Of a stretch of 26,989 nucleotides of DNA, positions 1 to 9,748 are shown one piece after another; position 1 is the stretch's first letter, and each line of letters starts with the position of its first letter. Under the pieces are notes generated by a model. It did not search any database. It was not told where the DNA came from and saw nothing but the letters and a program-made list of their open reading frames with translations. Position numbers and translations under genes: made by a program. This stretch comes from Macrostomum lignano (Eukaryota), in the NCBI GenBank assembly GCA_002269645.1, contig NIVC01005074.1, positions 1 through 26,989 on the forward strand, read 5' to 3'.

Positions 1-12
1 TGTACTTAAAAT

Positions 13-390
13 GATATTTTCTCTATAATGCACTGTTTTAATGAGATCAGAAGCGACAGCTTTAACCATAGACACAGTTGTAGACAGATATTTTCTCTAT
101 AAATGCACTGTTTTAATGAGAATCAGAAGCGACAGCTTAACCATAGACAGTTGTAGACAGATGATATATTCTCTATAATGCACTGTTTTAATGAGATCAG
201 AAGCGCGACAGCTTATAACCATAGACAGTTGTAGACAGATGATATTTTCTCTATAATGAAAACTGTTTTAATGAGATCAGAAGCGACAGCTTTAACCATA
301 GACAGTTGTAGACAGATGATATTTTCTCTATAATGCACTGTTTTAATGAGATCAGAAGCGACAGCTTTAACCATAGACAGTTTCAGACAG
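13..390. repeat. Tandem repeat, ~75-bp unit, ~5 copies, many small indels
   Basis: Unit gatattttctctataatgcactgttttaatgagatcagaagcgacagctttaaccatagacagttgtagacagat recurs, with 1-2 nt insertions in several copies. Confidence 0.9.
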
Positions 391-413
391 ATTAGAAAAA
401 AAACCACAACCAT

Positions 414-694
414 AATGAATAATAATAATGATAATAGGAAAAATTACATCCGCTCTAAATGAAGGCTTCGTACGGCTGTTCAGTCCAAGGACTAAGGGGG
501 GGGTGGCTTTGCCACACACACACATACCCTCAATTACCCCAACTAATGCTGGCACCCATTTTACAGCTGGTGAACTGAAGCAATGCAGAGTTAAGTGTCT
601 TGCTCAAGGTCTTGCTTGTTTCGAGGGGTCGAGAATCGAACCTCCGACCTTTCACTCGTGAGTCTGACGCTTTTAATCACTAGGCTACTACCCC
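414..694 (-). mobile_element. tRNA-derived SINE with a CORE (MIR-like) central domain, copy 1
   Basis: Minus strand has box A-like tagcctagtga, box B ggttcgattctc, then ccttgagcaagacacttaactctgcattgcttcagttcaccagctgtaaaatggg (resembles MIR CORE as recalled) and an (ATT)n-like tail. A second copy is at 21465-21760. Confidence 0.75.
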
Positions 695-892
695 TACATA
701 GAACTTTGAACTACACAGAACGGGCTCGTGGCGCAAGAGTCATACAGTGCATGCTCTCAAATGTCGTAACTATTCGCATCGGAACTTGACTTCTCGATAT
801 TATCCGGTATGTTAGGCGTAGGACGTCTCATCAACAGTATCAATTGACGGAATTATTGGGCTGAAATGTAGGCTGAGGCCCGTCCTTGCTAT

Positions 893-1317
893 TTAAAACG
901 CCTTTTTTCTTGGTCGCTTGACTCGTTGAAGCTGCTCTGACTCCTGAGACGCGTCATCTACGACAGACAAACCAGAATGCGATACAAATAATAGCAAGCG
1001 ACTACAAGGACAGAGCACCACGTATCCGATGATGTTCGAAATCGAAAATATCCTGTTTTTGAATAACCGATTTAGCAAGTTTTTCGCCTTCAGTACTATT
1101 ATCTACAGGATCCGACACTGCCGCATAGCTGTGGTGTTGAAACAGGCGCGAGATTCTTTAAAAGCTGTGCACTTTTTAGCATTATAAATTGCCATATAGT
1201 GAGTTGGACAAGCAGTAAGAGCAGGCGCAGTAAGAATCGTAATAGAAATATCCAGATTCAATTGCACAATAAACTTTTTCTGATATTCTTGCAGTCATTT
1301 TGGAAGTTTTTCGGCAC
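893..1317 (-). pseudogene. Receptor paralog F, exon 2: Cys-rich domain, stalk and TM, broken by several frameshifts (pseudogene or sequence error); 3' end uncertain, may extend to ~750
   Basis: After acceptor ttttcgattgcag| the frames read VPKNFQNDCKNIRKSLLCN / ESGYFYYDSYCACSYC / ...YNAKKCTAFKESRACFNTT / ... / ISNIIGYVVL / VLVVACYYLYR. This has the same YYDxxCxCxxC, Cx8C and NxT motifs as the intact paralogs. Confidence 0.7.
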
Positions 1318-1377
1318 CTGCAATCGAAAAATTATTTAACGAGCCTATTTTTAGAGCTGAATTTTAATTCGGTCTTT

Positions 1378-1733
1378 TTTTATTAGAGGCAGGGGGTTGT
1401 GTGCACCCTGGCGCACTTTAAGCGACATAGGCACACAACCGGCGAGAGGCATTACTGCCATTCGCCGACTCCCCTGAGCAGGCATACAAGCGCGCGATAC
1501 GTACGCAGGCACACACTCACACAGAAGTGTACAGCGGCCCACGACTTTATTTATATTTAGGCATGTACACTTCACAGTGTCTTGGGGGTTGGCTCTCAAG
1601 GCCGTTAATTGCACGAGCAGAGCCAAGCCGAGATTCCAATTCAGCCCCAAATTAATGTGACTGCACTTGGAATCGAGCCTGGGTCGCTGGCACACCAGAG
1701 CAGCTGCGCTACCGCTGGGCTACGGCTCCCCTA
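1378..1733 (-). mobile_element. tRNA-derived SINE family 2, copy 1, with a perfect 13-bp target-site duplication
   Basis: Box A tagcccagcgg, box B-like gctcgattcc, A-rich tail. TSD taattcggtcttt at 1365-1377 and 1734-1746. Highly similar to 20634-21000. Confidence 0.85.
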
Positions 1734-2220
1734 TAATTCGGTCTTTCGCATCGCGTAAATTCTCTAAATAATGACATCTTTTCAGTCATAAGGAGGCATC
1801 GAGGAGAGAAAAGTCACCCGAAAAAAAGTCATGTGTCGCTTCAGAGTCGTTGCAGGTAAACACAGGTAAAATCGGAAAAGAAGTGAATCTAAAACGACTA
1901 CATGTCACGGTACAATTCGTCAAATAGTGGACTCTTTAATAGTGACTCCAGGGCCTTAGAGTCGTATCTGAGGCGGGCCAGAGCCTTGCATCTGACTCAC
2001 TTTATGAATTAGAATCGCACTTCGCGTTCATAAAACTCTATATTTAGTCTACTTGAGTTAGTAAAATGTCAAACACAAAAACGACTATTAGACGACTTTT
2101 GCGACTCTTTAAAGATACGGCAACTCATGTGATATGCGCTCGTGACTCGACTTAACAGTCGCCTCTCCGTCGCATTACAGTCGTTTGAGTCGTTAAAAAG
2201 TCAAAAGAGAAGCCCGAGTC

Positions 2221-2596
2221 CAGGGGCGTCGCCATAGATTTTATGGTGGGGGGGGACAAAAGCCGAGAATTCTAAATGTACATTATTTCCGAATCGGTGT
2301 TGTCATTGATTTTTTTGAAACCGCAGGCACTCATTTTAGCGCCGCATGCTCTCATTTTGGCGCCGCAGGCACTCATTTTGGCGCCGCAGGCACTCATTTT
2401 GGCGCCGCAGGCACTCATTTTGGCGCCACAGGCACTCATTTTGGCGCTGCAGGCACTCATTTTGGCGCCCTGAAGCAAATTGACTATTGATTTCCATAAC
2501 GGATCAACAAGGTGGGAGGGGGACAAATGGACAAGCATCGGGATGTCCCCCATTGCTTCTACTGGGGGGGGCACTTGTCCCACCCCCCCAGTGGCG
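2221..2596. mobile_element. Probable non-autonomous TIR element (MITE) with truncated right end and an internal 21-bp tandem repeat
   Basis: Left end caggggcgtcgcca..ggggggggaca. Right end tgtcccacccccccagtggcg lacks the expected acgcccctg. About 7 copies of gcaggcactcattttggcgcc at ~2322-2470. Confidence 0.55.
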
Positions 2597-2810
2597 TCAG
2601 TGCGTCCCGACATTCTTGAAAAAGTTGTTGCCGAGGATTCAATGCTAAATGGCACGAATATTCCATCACCAATGGCTCGCAATCGACGCAAATACAGTCG
2701 CCATTGTAATACTGCCGATCCAAATCGCATTCTGGCGGGAGGTAGCAATCTAACTGGTTTTTAGGCGTGTCTACAAAACATCTGGCTCGGTTGCTTGACA
2801 ACAGGAACAG
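2559..2810 (-). pseudogene. Partial duplicate (fragment A) of receptor gene B: end of signal peptide plus most of the Cys-rich domain, no TM
   Basis: 2594-2811 aligns without gaps to gene B (14 substitutions in ~217 nt by hand count). Reads LFLLSSNRARCFVDTPKNQLDCYLPPECDLDRQYYNGDCICVDC...ECRDALT, then runs into MITE sequence and stops at 2559. Confidence 0.85.
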
Positions 2811-2848
2811 CTATATTATAAATAGGTCCAGTTTTGAAATTTATTCAC

Positions 2849-2929
2849 CTTTACATCCTGCTGATCATTGCCGAAACACCGACAGATAATAACAGCAGCG
2901 GCAATTAGCAGCTGAATTTGAAGATGCAT
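2849..2929 (-). CDS. Signal-peptide exon (exon 1 of paralog F), absent from the ORF track
   Basis: ATG at 2929, MHLQIQLLIAAAVIICRCFGNDQQDVK, then donor aag|gtgaat in phase 0. This phase matches the acceptors at 1317 and at 2810. Confidence 0.65.
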
Positions 2930-3576
2930 CTGATCAGCTGATTAGGGAAGATTTAAAATAGTAAGATGCCGCTACTACTCTTAAAAGTAGTAATTCATAG
3001 CGAAATCGTATCTGAAATGAGCGACAAAGGTGGCAGATAAATTTGAAACTGATTAACTGAAAAAAACTGCGATTATCCTACTCACAAGTAGCCAAATAAA
3101 AAGTGTCAAGTCAAAAAACCGGTAAATGACTACAAAAATAGACTAAAATTTACAATCTGGCAGGTGCATGGATGTGTATTTTGTTTGAAATGGCAACTGC
3201 TAAAAAGATAAAAATGTGGGAAAATTTCAAGTTGGCAAACTCGTCTTTTTTGCCTGAGAGATTTACCAGCGCAGTAAAACATGAACTCGCGGCACGTTAG
3301 TAAAGTGCATGGCTAAGCAGAGAATTAAAACTATTGTAAAATTTATATTTAAACTCGCAATAGACAGTTTGTCAAGGCTCTTGAGATAAAGCAGAAGTCA
3401 AACGGAATTTACACTACTAATAAGTAGAAATGTAAAAAGAAAGAAGCAAAATTTAAATATATTGTAGAATTGTTTTAACAGTTGGCATTATCTGTAATTT
3501 TTCGTTGATTAAAAGACTATAATATATTCGTTAAAGTTTGAGTACACTAAATAAATTATTACGACAAGGAGCCTTC

Positions 3577-4493
3577 AGTCAGTCAGGCAGTCAGTCAGTC
3601 AGTCAGTCAGTCAGTCAGTCAGTCAGTCAGTCAGTCAGTCAGTCAGTCAGTCAGTCAGTCAGTCAGTCACCCACTCACTCAAGTCAGTCCAGTCAGTCAG
3701 TCAGTCAGTCAGTCAGTCAGTCAGTCAGTCAGTCAGTCAGTCAGTCAGTCAGTCAGTCAGTCAGTCAGTCAGTCAGTCACCCACTCACTCAAGTCAGTCC
3801 AGTCAGTCAGTCAGTCAGTCAGTCAGTCAGTCAGTCAGTCAGTCAGTCAGTCAGTCAGTCAGTCAGTCAGTCAGTCAGTCAGTCAGTCAGTCAGTCAGTC
3901 AGTCAGTCAGTCAGTCAGTCAGTCAGTCAGTCAGTCAGTCAGTCAGTCAGTCAGTCAGTCAGTCAGTCAGTCAGTCAGTCACACCACTCACTCAAGTCAG
4001 TCCAGTCAGTCAGTCAGTCAGTCAGTCAGTCAGTCAGTCAGTCAGTCAGTCAGTCAGTCAGTCAGTCAGTCAGTCAGTCAGTCAGTCAGTCACCCACTCA
4101 CTCAAGTCAGTCCAGTCAGTCAGTCAGTCAGTCAGTCAGTCAGTCAGTCAGTCAGTCAGTCAGTCAGTCAGTCAGTCAGTCAGTCAGTCAGTCAGTCAGT
4201 CAGTCAGTCACCCACTCACTCAAGTCAGTCCAGTCAGTCAGTCAGTCAGTCAGTCAGTCAGTCAGTCAGTCAGTCAGTCAGTCAGTCAGTCACCCACTCA
4301 CTCAAGTCAGTCCAGTCAGTCAGTCAGTCAGTCAGTCAGTCAGTCAGTCAGTCAGTCAGTCAGTCAGTCAGTCAGTCAGTCAGTCAGTCAGTCACCCACT
4401 CACTCAAGTCAGTCCAGTCAGTCAGTCAGTCAGTCAGTCAGTCAGTCAGTCAGTCAGTCACCCACTTACTCAAGTCAGTCAGTCAGTCAGTCA
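3577..4493. repeat. (CAGT)n microsatellite, ~0.9 kb, interrupted about 8 times by cacccactcactcaagtcagtc
   Basis: Seen directly. It accounts for the SQSV-repeat ORF 3538-4656. Confidence 0.97.
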
Positions 4494-4879
4494 CAAAGCC
4501 AAACAAATAAGATTGCATTCAGTATCAACTGAAAGAAAACAATCAATAATTTCGCTAATGAAGAAAGGAATGCAAGGCAATACTGTACAAAGATACAAAG
4601 ACAGATGTCTGTACATTACTAATGTCAGTGTCGGTATAACAAAATGCGTCAGTTGAATCACGCAATTACTATGAGCATGACAAAAACATTGATGACAGCT
4701 GAGTACTGTTGGCATCGGTGTAGAAAAGCAGAGACACAGAGATCTGCTTTAAAAAATCCATTGGCAGGGCAACTGATTGAAATATTACTATAGGTCTTGT
4801 ACTAGAGTACATTATTGTGGTTAGAAATATTAATTCCTACTTTATATAACTTTATTTCTATGAATATTGTCGTCTTATG

Positions 4880-5345
4880 CGAGATCCGGGATATATGATA
4901 GAATAGCTTTGAGATTTTATGTGAAATATTAGAGATCTCAAATGAAATGTTAAAAATCTCATGAAAGATAATTAAGACTTCATATGAGATTAGAGATCTC
5001 AAGTGAGATAAGAGATCTCATGTGAGATTAGAAATCTCATGCGGAAGATTCGAGATCTCATATGAAAGATTAGAAATCTCATGAGATATTTGAGATCTCA
5101 TATGAAAGATTAGAAATCTCATGAGATATTTGAGATCTCATATGAAAGATTAGAAATCTCATGAGATATTTGAGATCTCATATGAAAGATTAGAAATCTC
5201 ATGAGCAATTAGAGACTTTATGTGAGATTAGAGATCTCATGCGAGAGATTCGAGATCTCATATGAAAGATTAGAAATCTCATGAAAGATAATTGGGACTT
5301 CATGTGGGATTAGAGATTTCATGTAAGATTCAGAATATCATATGT
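4880..5345. repeat. Minisatellite, ~40-bp unit made of palindromic gagatctc/gaaatctc subunits
   Basis: gagatctcatatgaaagattagaaatctcatgagatattt is near-perfect at ~5052-5205 with degenerate flanks. Confidence 0.85.
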
Positions 5346-5525
5346 AGGAGATTTCAGCTCAGTTTAAAGTACAAAAAGTAACCATTTCAAATACAGCAAA
5401 AAACCTGAATGATTTAATTATTGAAAAGATAGTGAGCAGACAGAAAAACTACAAAGTCAGTCTGAGAACAATATAATAAGCGGAGCTGATTATGCACATA
5501 AACAGACATGTCACATGATGTAGGA

Positions 5526-5862
5526 TCACACTTTTGATAGGATTTGGTCGCGGCACTTTAACCCATAAGCATTAGTAGCCGCAGGCGCCAGCATAGGCGC
5601 AGACAGATGCAGCAGGGGATTCAACTGCCTAACGATTGAGCACACGGACATGCTAGACGCTGGTATGTTTGGCGCGAGAGCCTCCGATGAGGCACCGTCT
5701 TGTACTGAGCAGTTCTCGCTTAACCACTTCGAGCAACGTTGAGCGCCTTTGGATAAATATCTGCTGGACTGGTCTGGGCACTTTATTGGCTGACAGGTTC
5801 TACAGGGGCCGTTGCAGCCGCTGTCGGTGCCCCCGGAGTGCTCCACGATGGGGGACTGCTCT
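5526..5862 (-). CDS. Receptor gene B, exon 2 (cytoplasmic tail, ends ...QILSKV*)
   Basis: Acceptor aacccacctgcag| at 5863. 1 nt plus 112 codons fits the phase-2 donor at 7576 and joins into ORF 5526-5846. Spliced CDS is 891 nt (296 aa). Confidence 0.7.
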
Positions 5863-5865
5863 CTG

Positions 5866-7560
5866 CAGGTGGGTTAATTATCAGAGATGATTGTTATCTG
5901 ACTCAGGTAGGTTAATTATCAGATATGATTGTTATCTGACTCAGGTAGGTTAATTATCAGATATGATTGTTATCTGACTCAGGTAGGTTAATTATCAGAG
6001 ATGATTGTTATATCTGACTCGGTAGGTTAACTATCAGAGATGATTGTTATATCTGACTCAGGTAGTTAATATCAGAGATGATTGTTATCTGACTCAGGTA
6101 GTTAATTATCAGATATGATTGTTATATCTGACTCAGGTAGGTTAATTATCAGATATGATTGTTATCTGACTCAGGTAGGTTAATTATCAGAGATGATTGT
6201 TATCTGACTCGGGTAGGTTAATTATCAGATATGATTGTTATCTGACTCAGGTAGGTTAATTATCAGATATGATTGTTATCTGACTCAGGTAGGTTAATTA
6301 TCAGATACGGTTGTTATCTGACTCAGGTAGGTTAAATATCAGAGATGATTGTTATCTGACTCGGGTAGGTTAACTATCAGAGATGATTGTTATCTGACTC
6401 GGGTAGGTTAACTATCAGAGATGTTTGTTATCTGACTCAGGTAGGTTAATTATCAGAGATGATTGTTATCTGACTCAGGTAGGTTAAATATCAGAGATGA
6501 TTTTTATCTGACTCAGGTAGGTTAATTATCAGAGATGATTGTTATCTGACTCAGGTAGGTTAAATATCAGAGATGATTGTTATCTGACTCAGGTAGGTTA
6601 ACTATCAGAGATGTTTGTTATCTGACTCAGGTAGGTTAATTATCAGAGATGATTGTTATCTGACTCAGGTAGGTTAAATATCAGAGATGATTTTTATCTG
6701 ACTCAGGTAGGTTAATTATCAGATATGATTGTTATCTGACTCAGGTAGGTTAAATATCAGAGATGATTTTTATCTGACTCAGGTAGGTTAATTATCAGAT
6801 ATGATTGTTATCTGACTCAGGTAGGTTAATTATCAGATACGGTTGTTATCTGACTCAGGTAGGTTAAATATCAGATATGGTTGTTATCTGACTCAGGTAG
6901 GTTAATTATCAGATATGATTGTTATCTGACTCGGGTAGGTTAATTATCAGATATGATTGTTATCTGACTCAGGTAGGTTAATTATCAGATATGATTGTTA
7001 TCTGACTCAGGTAGGTTAAATATCAGATATGGTTGTTATCTGACTCAGGTAGGTTAATTATCAGATATGATTGTTATCTGACTCGGGTAGGTTAATTATC
7101 AGATACGGTTGTTATCTGACTCAGGTAGGTTAAATATCAGATATGGTTGTTATCTGACTCGGGTAGGTTAATTATCAGATATGATTGTTATCTGACTCAG
7201 GTAGGTTAATTATCAGATATGATTGTTATCTGACTCAGGTAGGTTAAATATCAGATATGGTTGTTATCTGACTCAGGTAGGTTAATTATCAGATATGATT
7301 GTTATCTGACTCGGGTAGGTTAATTATCAGATACGGTTGTTATCTGACTCAGGTAGGTTAAATATCAGATATGGTTGTTATCTGACTCGGGTAGGTTAAT
7401 TATCAGATACGGTTGTTATCTGACTCAGGTAGGTTAAATATCAGATATGGTTGTTATCTGACTCGGGTAGGTTAACTATCAGATACGGTTGCTATCTGAC
7501 TCAGGTAGGTTAAATATCAGATATGGTTGTTATCTGACTTAGATAGGTTAATTGTCAGAT
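5866..7560. repeat. 38-bp minisatellite, ~44 copies, filling the gene B intron
   Basis: Unit actcaggtaggttaattatcagatatgattgttatctg with recurring variants and no spacers. Confidence 0.97.
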
Positions 7561-7576
7561 AAGAGATATTACTTAC

Positions 7577-8130
7577 TCATCGAGTTCATCAGTAGACTCA
7601 ACTGACTCGTTTAATCCACCCTGACGCCCGACTCCGCTCCGGCCGCGAGCGCAGAACCGGATTATTATGACCGTAAATAGTATGGCCAATGCAAAAAAGC
7701 AGGCTAATAAACTGAATATCAAAGCCATATTGGAGTTCGAAGGATGCTGAACTGTTATTGATGAAGACAACGTCGCAGTCGTGGTTGACATTTCAGTTGA
7801 AGTATGCTGAATACGCTCAGTGGTAGCGCCTGCCACTGGCGATAAGCTTACATTTCGCATAGTTGCCTGACAATAGCCCAGCGTCAGTGCGTCTCGACAT
7901 TCTTGTAAAAGTTGTTGTCGAGGAATCAATGCTGAATAGCACGAATATTCATTTACCAATGGCTCGCAATCGACACACATACAGTCGCCATTGTAATACT
8001 GCCGATCCAAATCGCATTCTGGCGGGAGGTAGCAATCTAACTGGTTCTTAGGCGTGTCTACAAAACCGCTGGCTCGGTTGCTTGACAACAGGAACAGCAA
8101 CAATATGCTTAGTAGCATTCGTTGATCCAT
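7577..8130 (-). CDS. Receptor gene B, exon 1: signal peptide, 8-Cys domain, S/T stalk, TM, start of tail (single-CRD TNFR-like)
   Basis: ATG 8130 MDQRMLLSILLLFLLSSNRASG. Domain CYLPPECDLDRQYYNGDCMCVDCEPLVNEYSC...CRDALTLGYC, sequon NVS, TM ALIFSLLACFFALAILFTVIII followed by R. Canonical donor ga|gtaagt at 7576. Confidence 0.8.
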
Positions 8131-9010
8131 GCTGTTTAAATCAATCAATTGCCGCTAAGCCGTCACGTATTGGACATTTGCGTTGACGAAAGAAAAAGCC
8201 TCAACAAAAGCTCTTCTTGTTGTTAATGTTGACGACGGCTGAAGAGTAGACAGAACGAGAGGCTGGGTGAAGTGAAAAGGTTTCTAACAAAAATGATGAG
8301 CCTAGCATATAATCTGTAGCTATTGCGTTGGTAAGAGCGAGCCAGAGAGGTAGAGACTATATAGGAGTTGCAGCGGCAGAGAAGAGCGGTGAAGACGCAG
8401 TAGTAATAACAGAAAAAACTGCTTACGAAGTTCCCTCGAAGACACTTTGTCAACAGCATCTCTAAAAGAAACAGCTCTCTATTCTAAAATTAACTATTAG
8501 ACATGGTCCCCGCTACTAAAAATAGAACACTTGGTCTAGCTGTAAGCTTAAAAACGAAGCGGGTGATGCTATAATATAATACAAACTTCTTCTACTTATA
8601 TAGCGTAATAACTGAACTCTAAAGTGGAACGATGCTTATTTTAACAGAACCCCCCCTTCCCCAAAGCCCAAGTGCGAGTTGATTCACTGCTAGCTGGTAA
8701 CTACGCAATTGAAAGTAAAGTAGCGGAATTTATCTGGCGCAGATGCTAATAAATATGATAAATTTTTAGAGAAACAAAAACGTTTATTATTGCAGCGAGA
8801 GAAGTTATAATGCGCGATTAACAGTAAAATAGGGGCGCTATTATTAAATATTATAACAAATTTTGTAAATTTCTACAATGTAAAAGAGCGCATTGTGAGC
8901 TAGAAGACAAAAGATAAAAAGATAACTATTGATTTGAATATGCGGTTGGCGATGATTCTTCGATAGCAAAACCTTAAAGCAATACAATATAGTTAAAACA
9001 ACACGAAACG

Positions 9011-9748
9011 GTCTCTGTGAGGAGGGGGCGCCAGTCTCTGTATGGGAGGGGGCGCCAGTCTTTGCGGGGGAGGGGGCGCCAGTCTTTGCGGGGGAGGGGG
9101 CGCCAATCTCTGTATGGGAGGGGGCGCCAGTCTTTGCGGGGGAGGGGGCGCCAATCTCTGTATGGGAGGGGGCGCCAGTCTTTGCGGGGGAGGGGGCGCC
9201 AATCTCTGTATGGGAGGGGGCGCCAGTCTTTGCGGGGGAGGGGGCGCCAATCTCTGTATGGGAGGGGGCGCCAGTCTTTGCGGGGAGGGGCGCCAATCTC
9301 TGTATGGGAGGGGGCGCCAGTCTTTGCGGGGGAGGGGGCGCCAATCTCTGTATGGGAGGGGGCGCCAGTCTTTGCGGGGGAGGGGGCGCCAATCTCTGTA
9401 TAGGAGGGGGCGCCAGTCTGTATGGGAGAGGGCGCCAGTCTCTGTATGGGAGGGGGCGCCAGTCTTTGCGGGGGAGGGGGCGCCAATCTCTGTATGGGAG
9501 GGGGCGCCAGTCTTTGCGGGGGAGGGGGCGCCAATCTCTGTATAGGAGGGGGCGCAAGTCTGTATGGGAGAGGGCGCTAGTCTCTGTATGGGAGGGGGCG
9601 CCAGTCTCTGTATGAGAAGGGGCGCCAGTCTCTGTATGAGAAGGGGCGCCAATCTCTGTATGAGAAGGGGCGCCAGTCTCTGTATGAGAAGGGGCGCCAA
9701 TCTCTGTATGAGAAGGGGCGCCAGTCTCTGCGGGGCGGGGGTGCCAGT
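9011..9748. repeat. GC-rich 24-bp minisatellite, ~30 copies, alternating variants; related degenerate patch at ~10141-10310
   Basis: ggagggggcgccagtctttgcggg alternates with ggagggggcgccaatctctgtatg. It accounts for the overlapping ORFs at 8844-9791. Confidence 0.95.

Noticed and set aside
1747-2220. Region enriched in GACTC/AGTCG words
   Set aside because: Possibly a subterminal transposon relic, but no termini, periodicity or second copy could be defined.
2272-2748. ORF with KMSACGA repeats, and antisense ORFs over the receptor genes (e.g. 2480-2764, 7863-8051, 16183-16425, 18025-18225)
   Set aside because: They are translations of the 21-bp repeat or shadow frames of the real minus-strand CDSs.
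3538-4656. 372-aa SQSV-repeat ORF
   Set aside because: It is the translation of the stop-free (CAGT)n tract, with a non-ATG start and no domain.
5866-7560. CRISPR-like regular ~38-bp periodicity
   Set aside because: There are no unique spacers or cas genes, and the context is eukaryotic with introns.
8223-8459. Hydrophobic Cys/Tyr-rich 78-aa ORF upstream of gene B
   Set aside because: It lacks the family Cys pattern and any recognisable motif. It may be UTR or intron.
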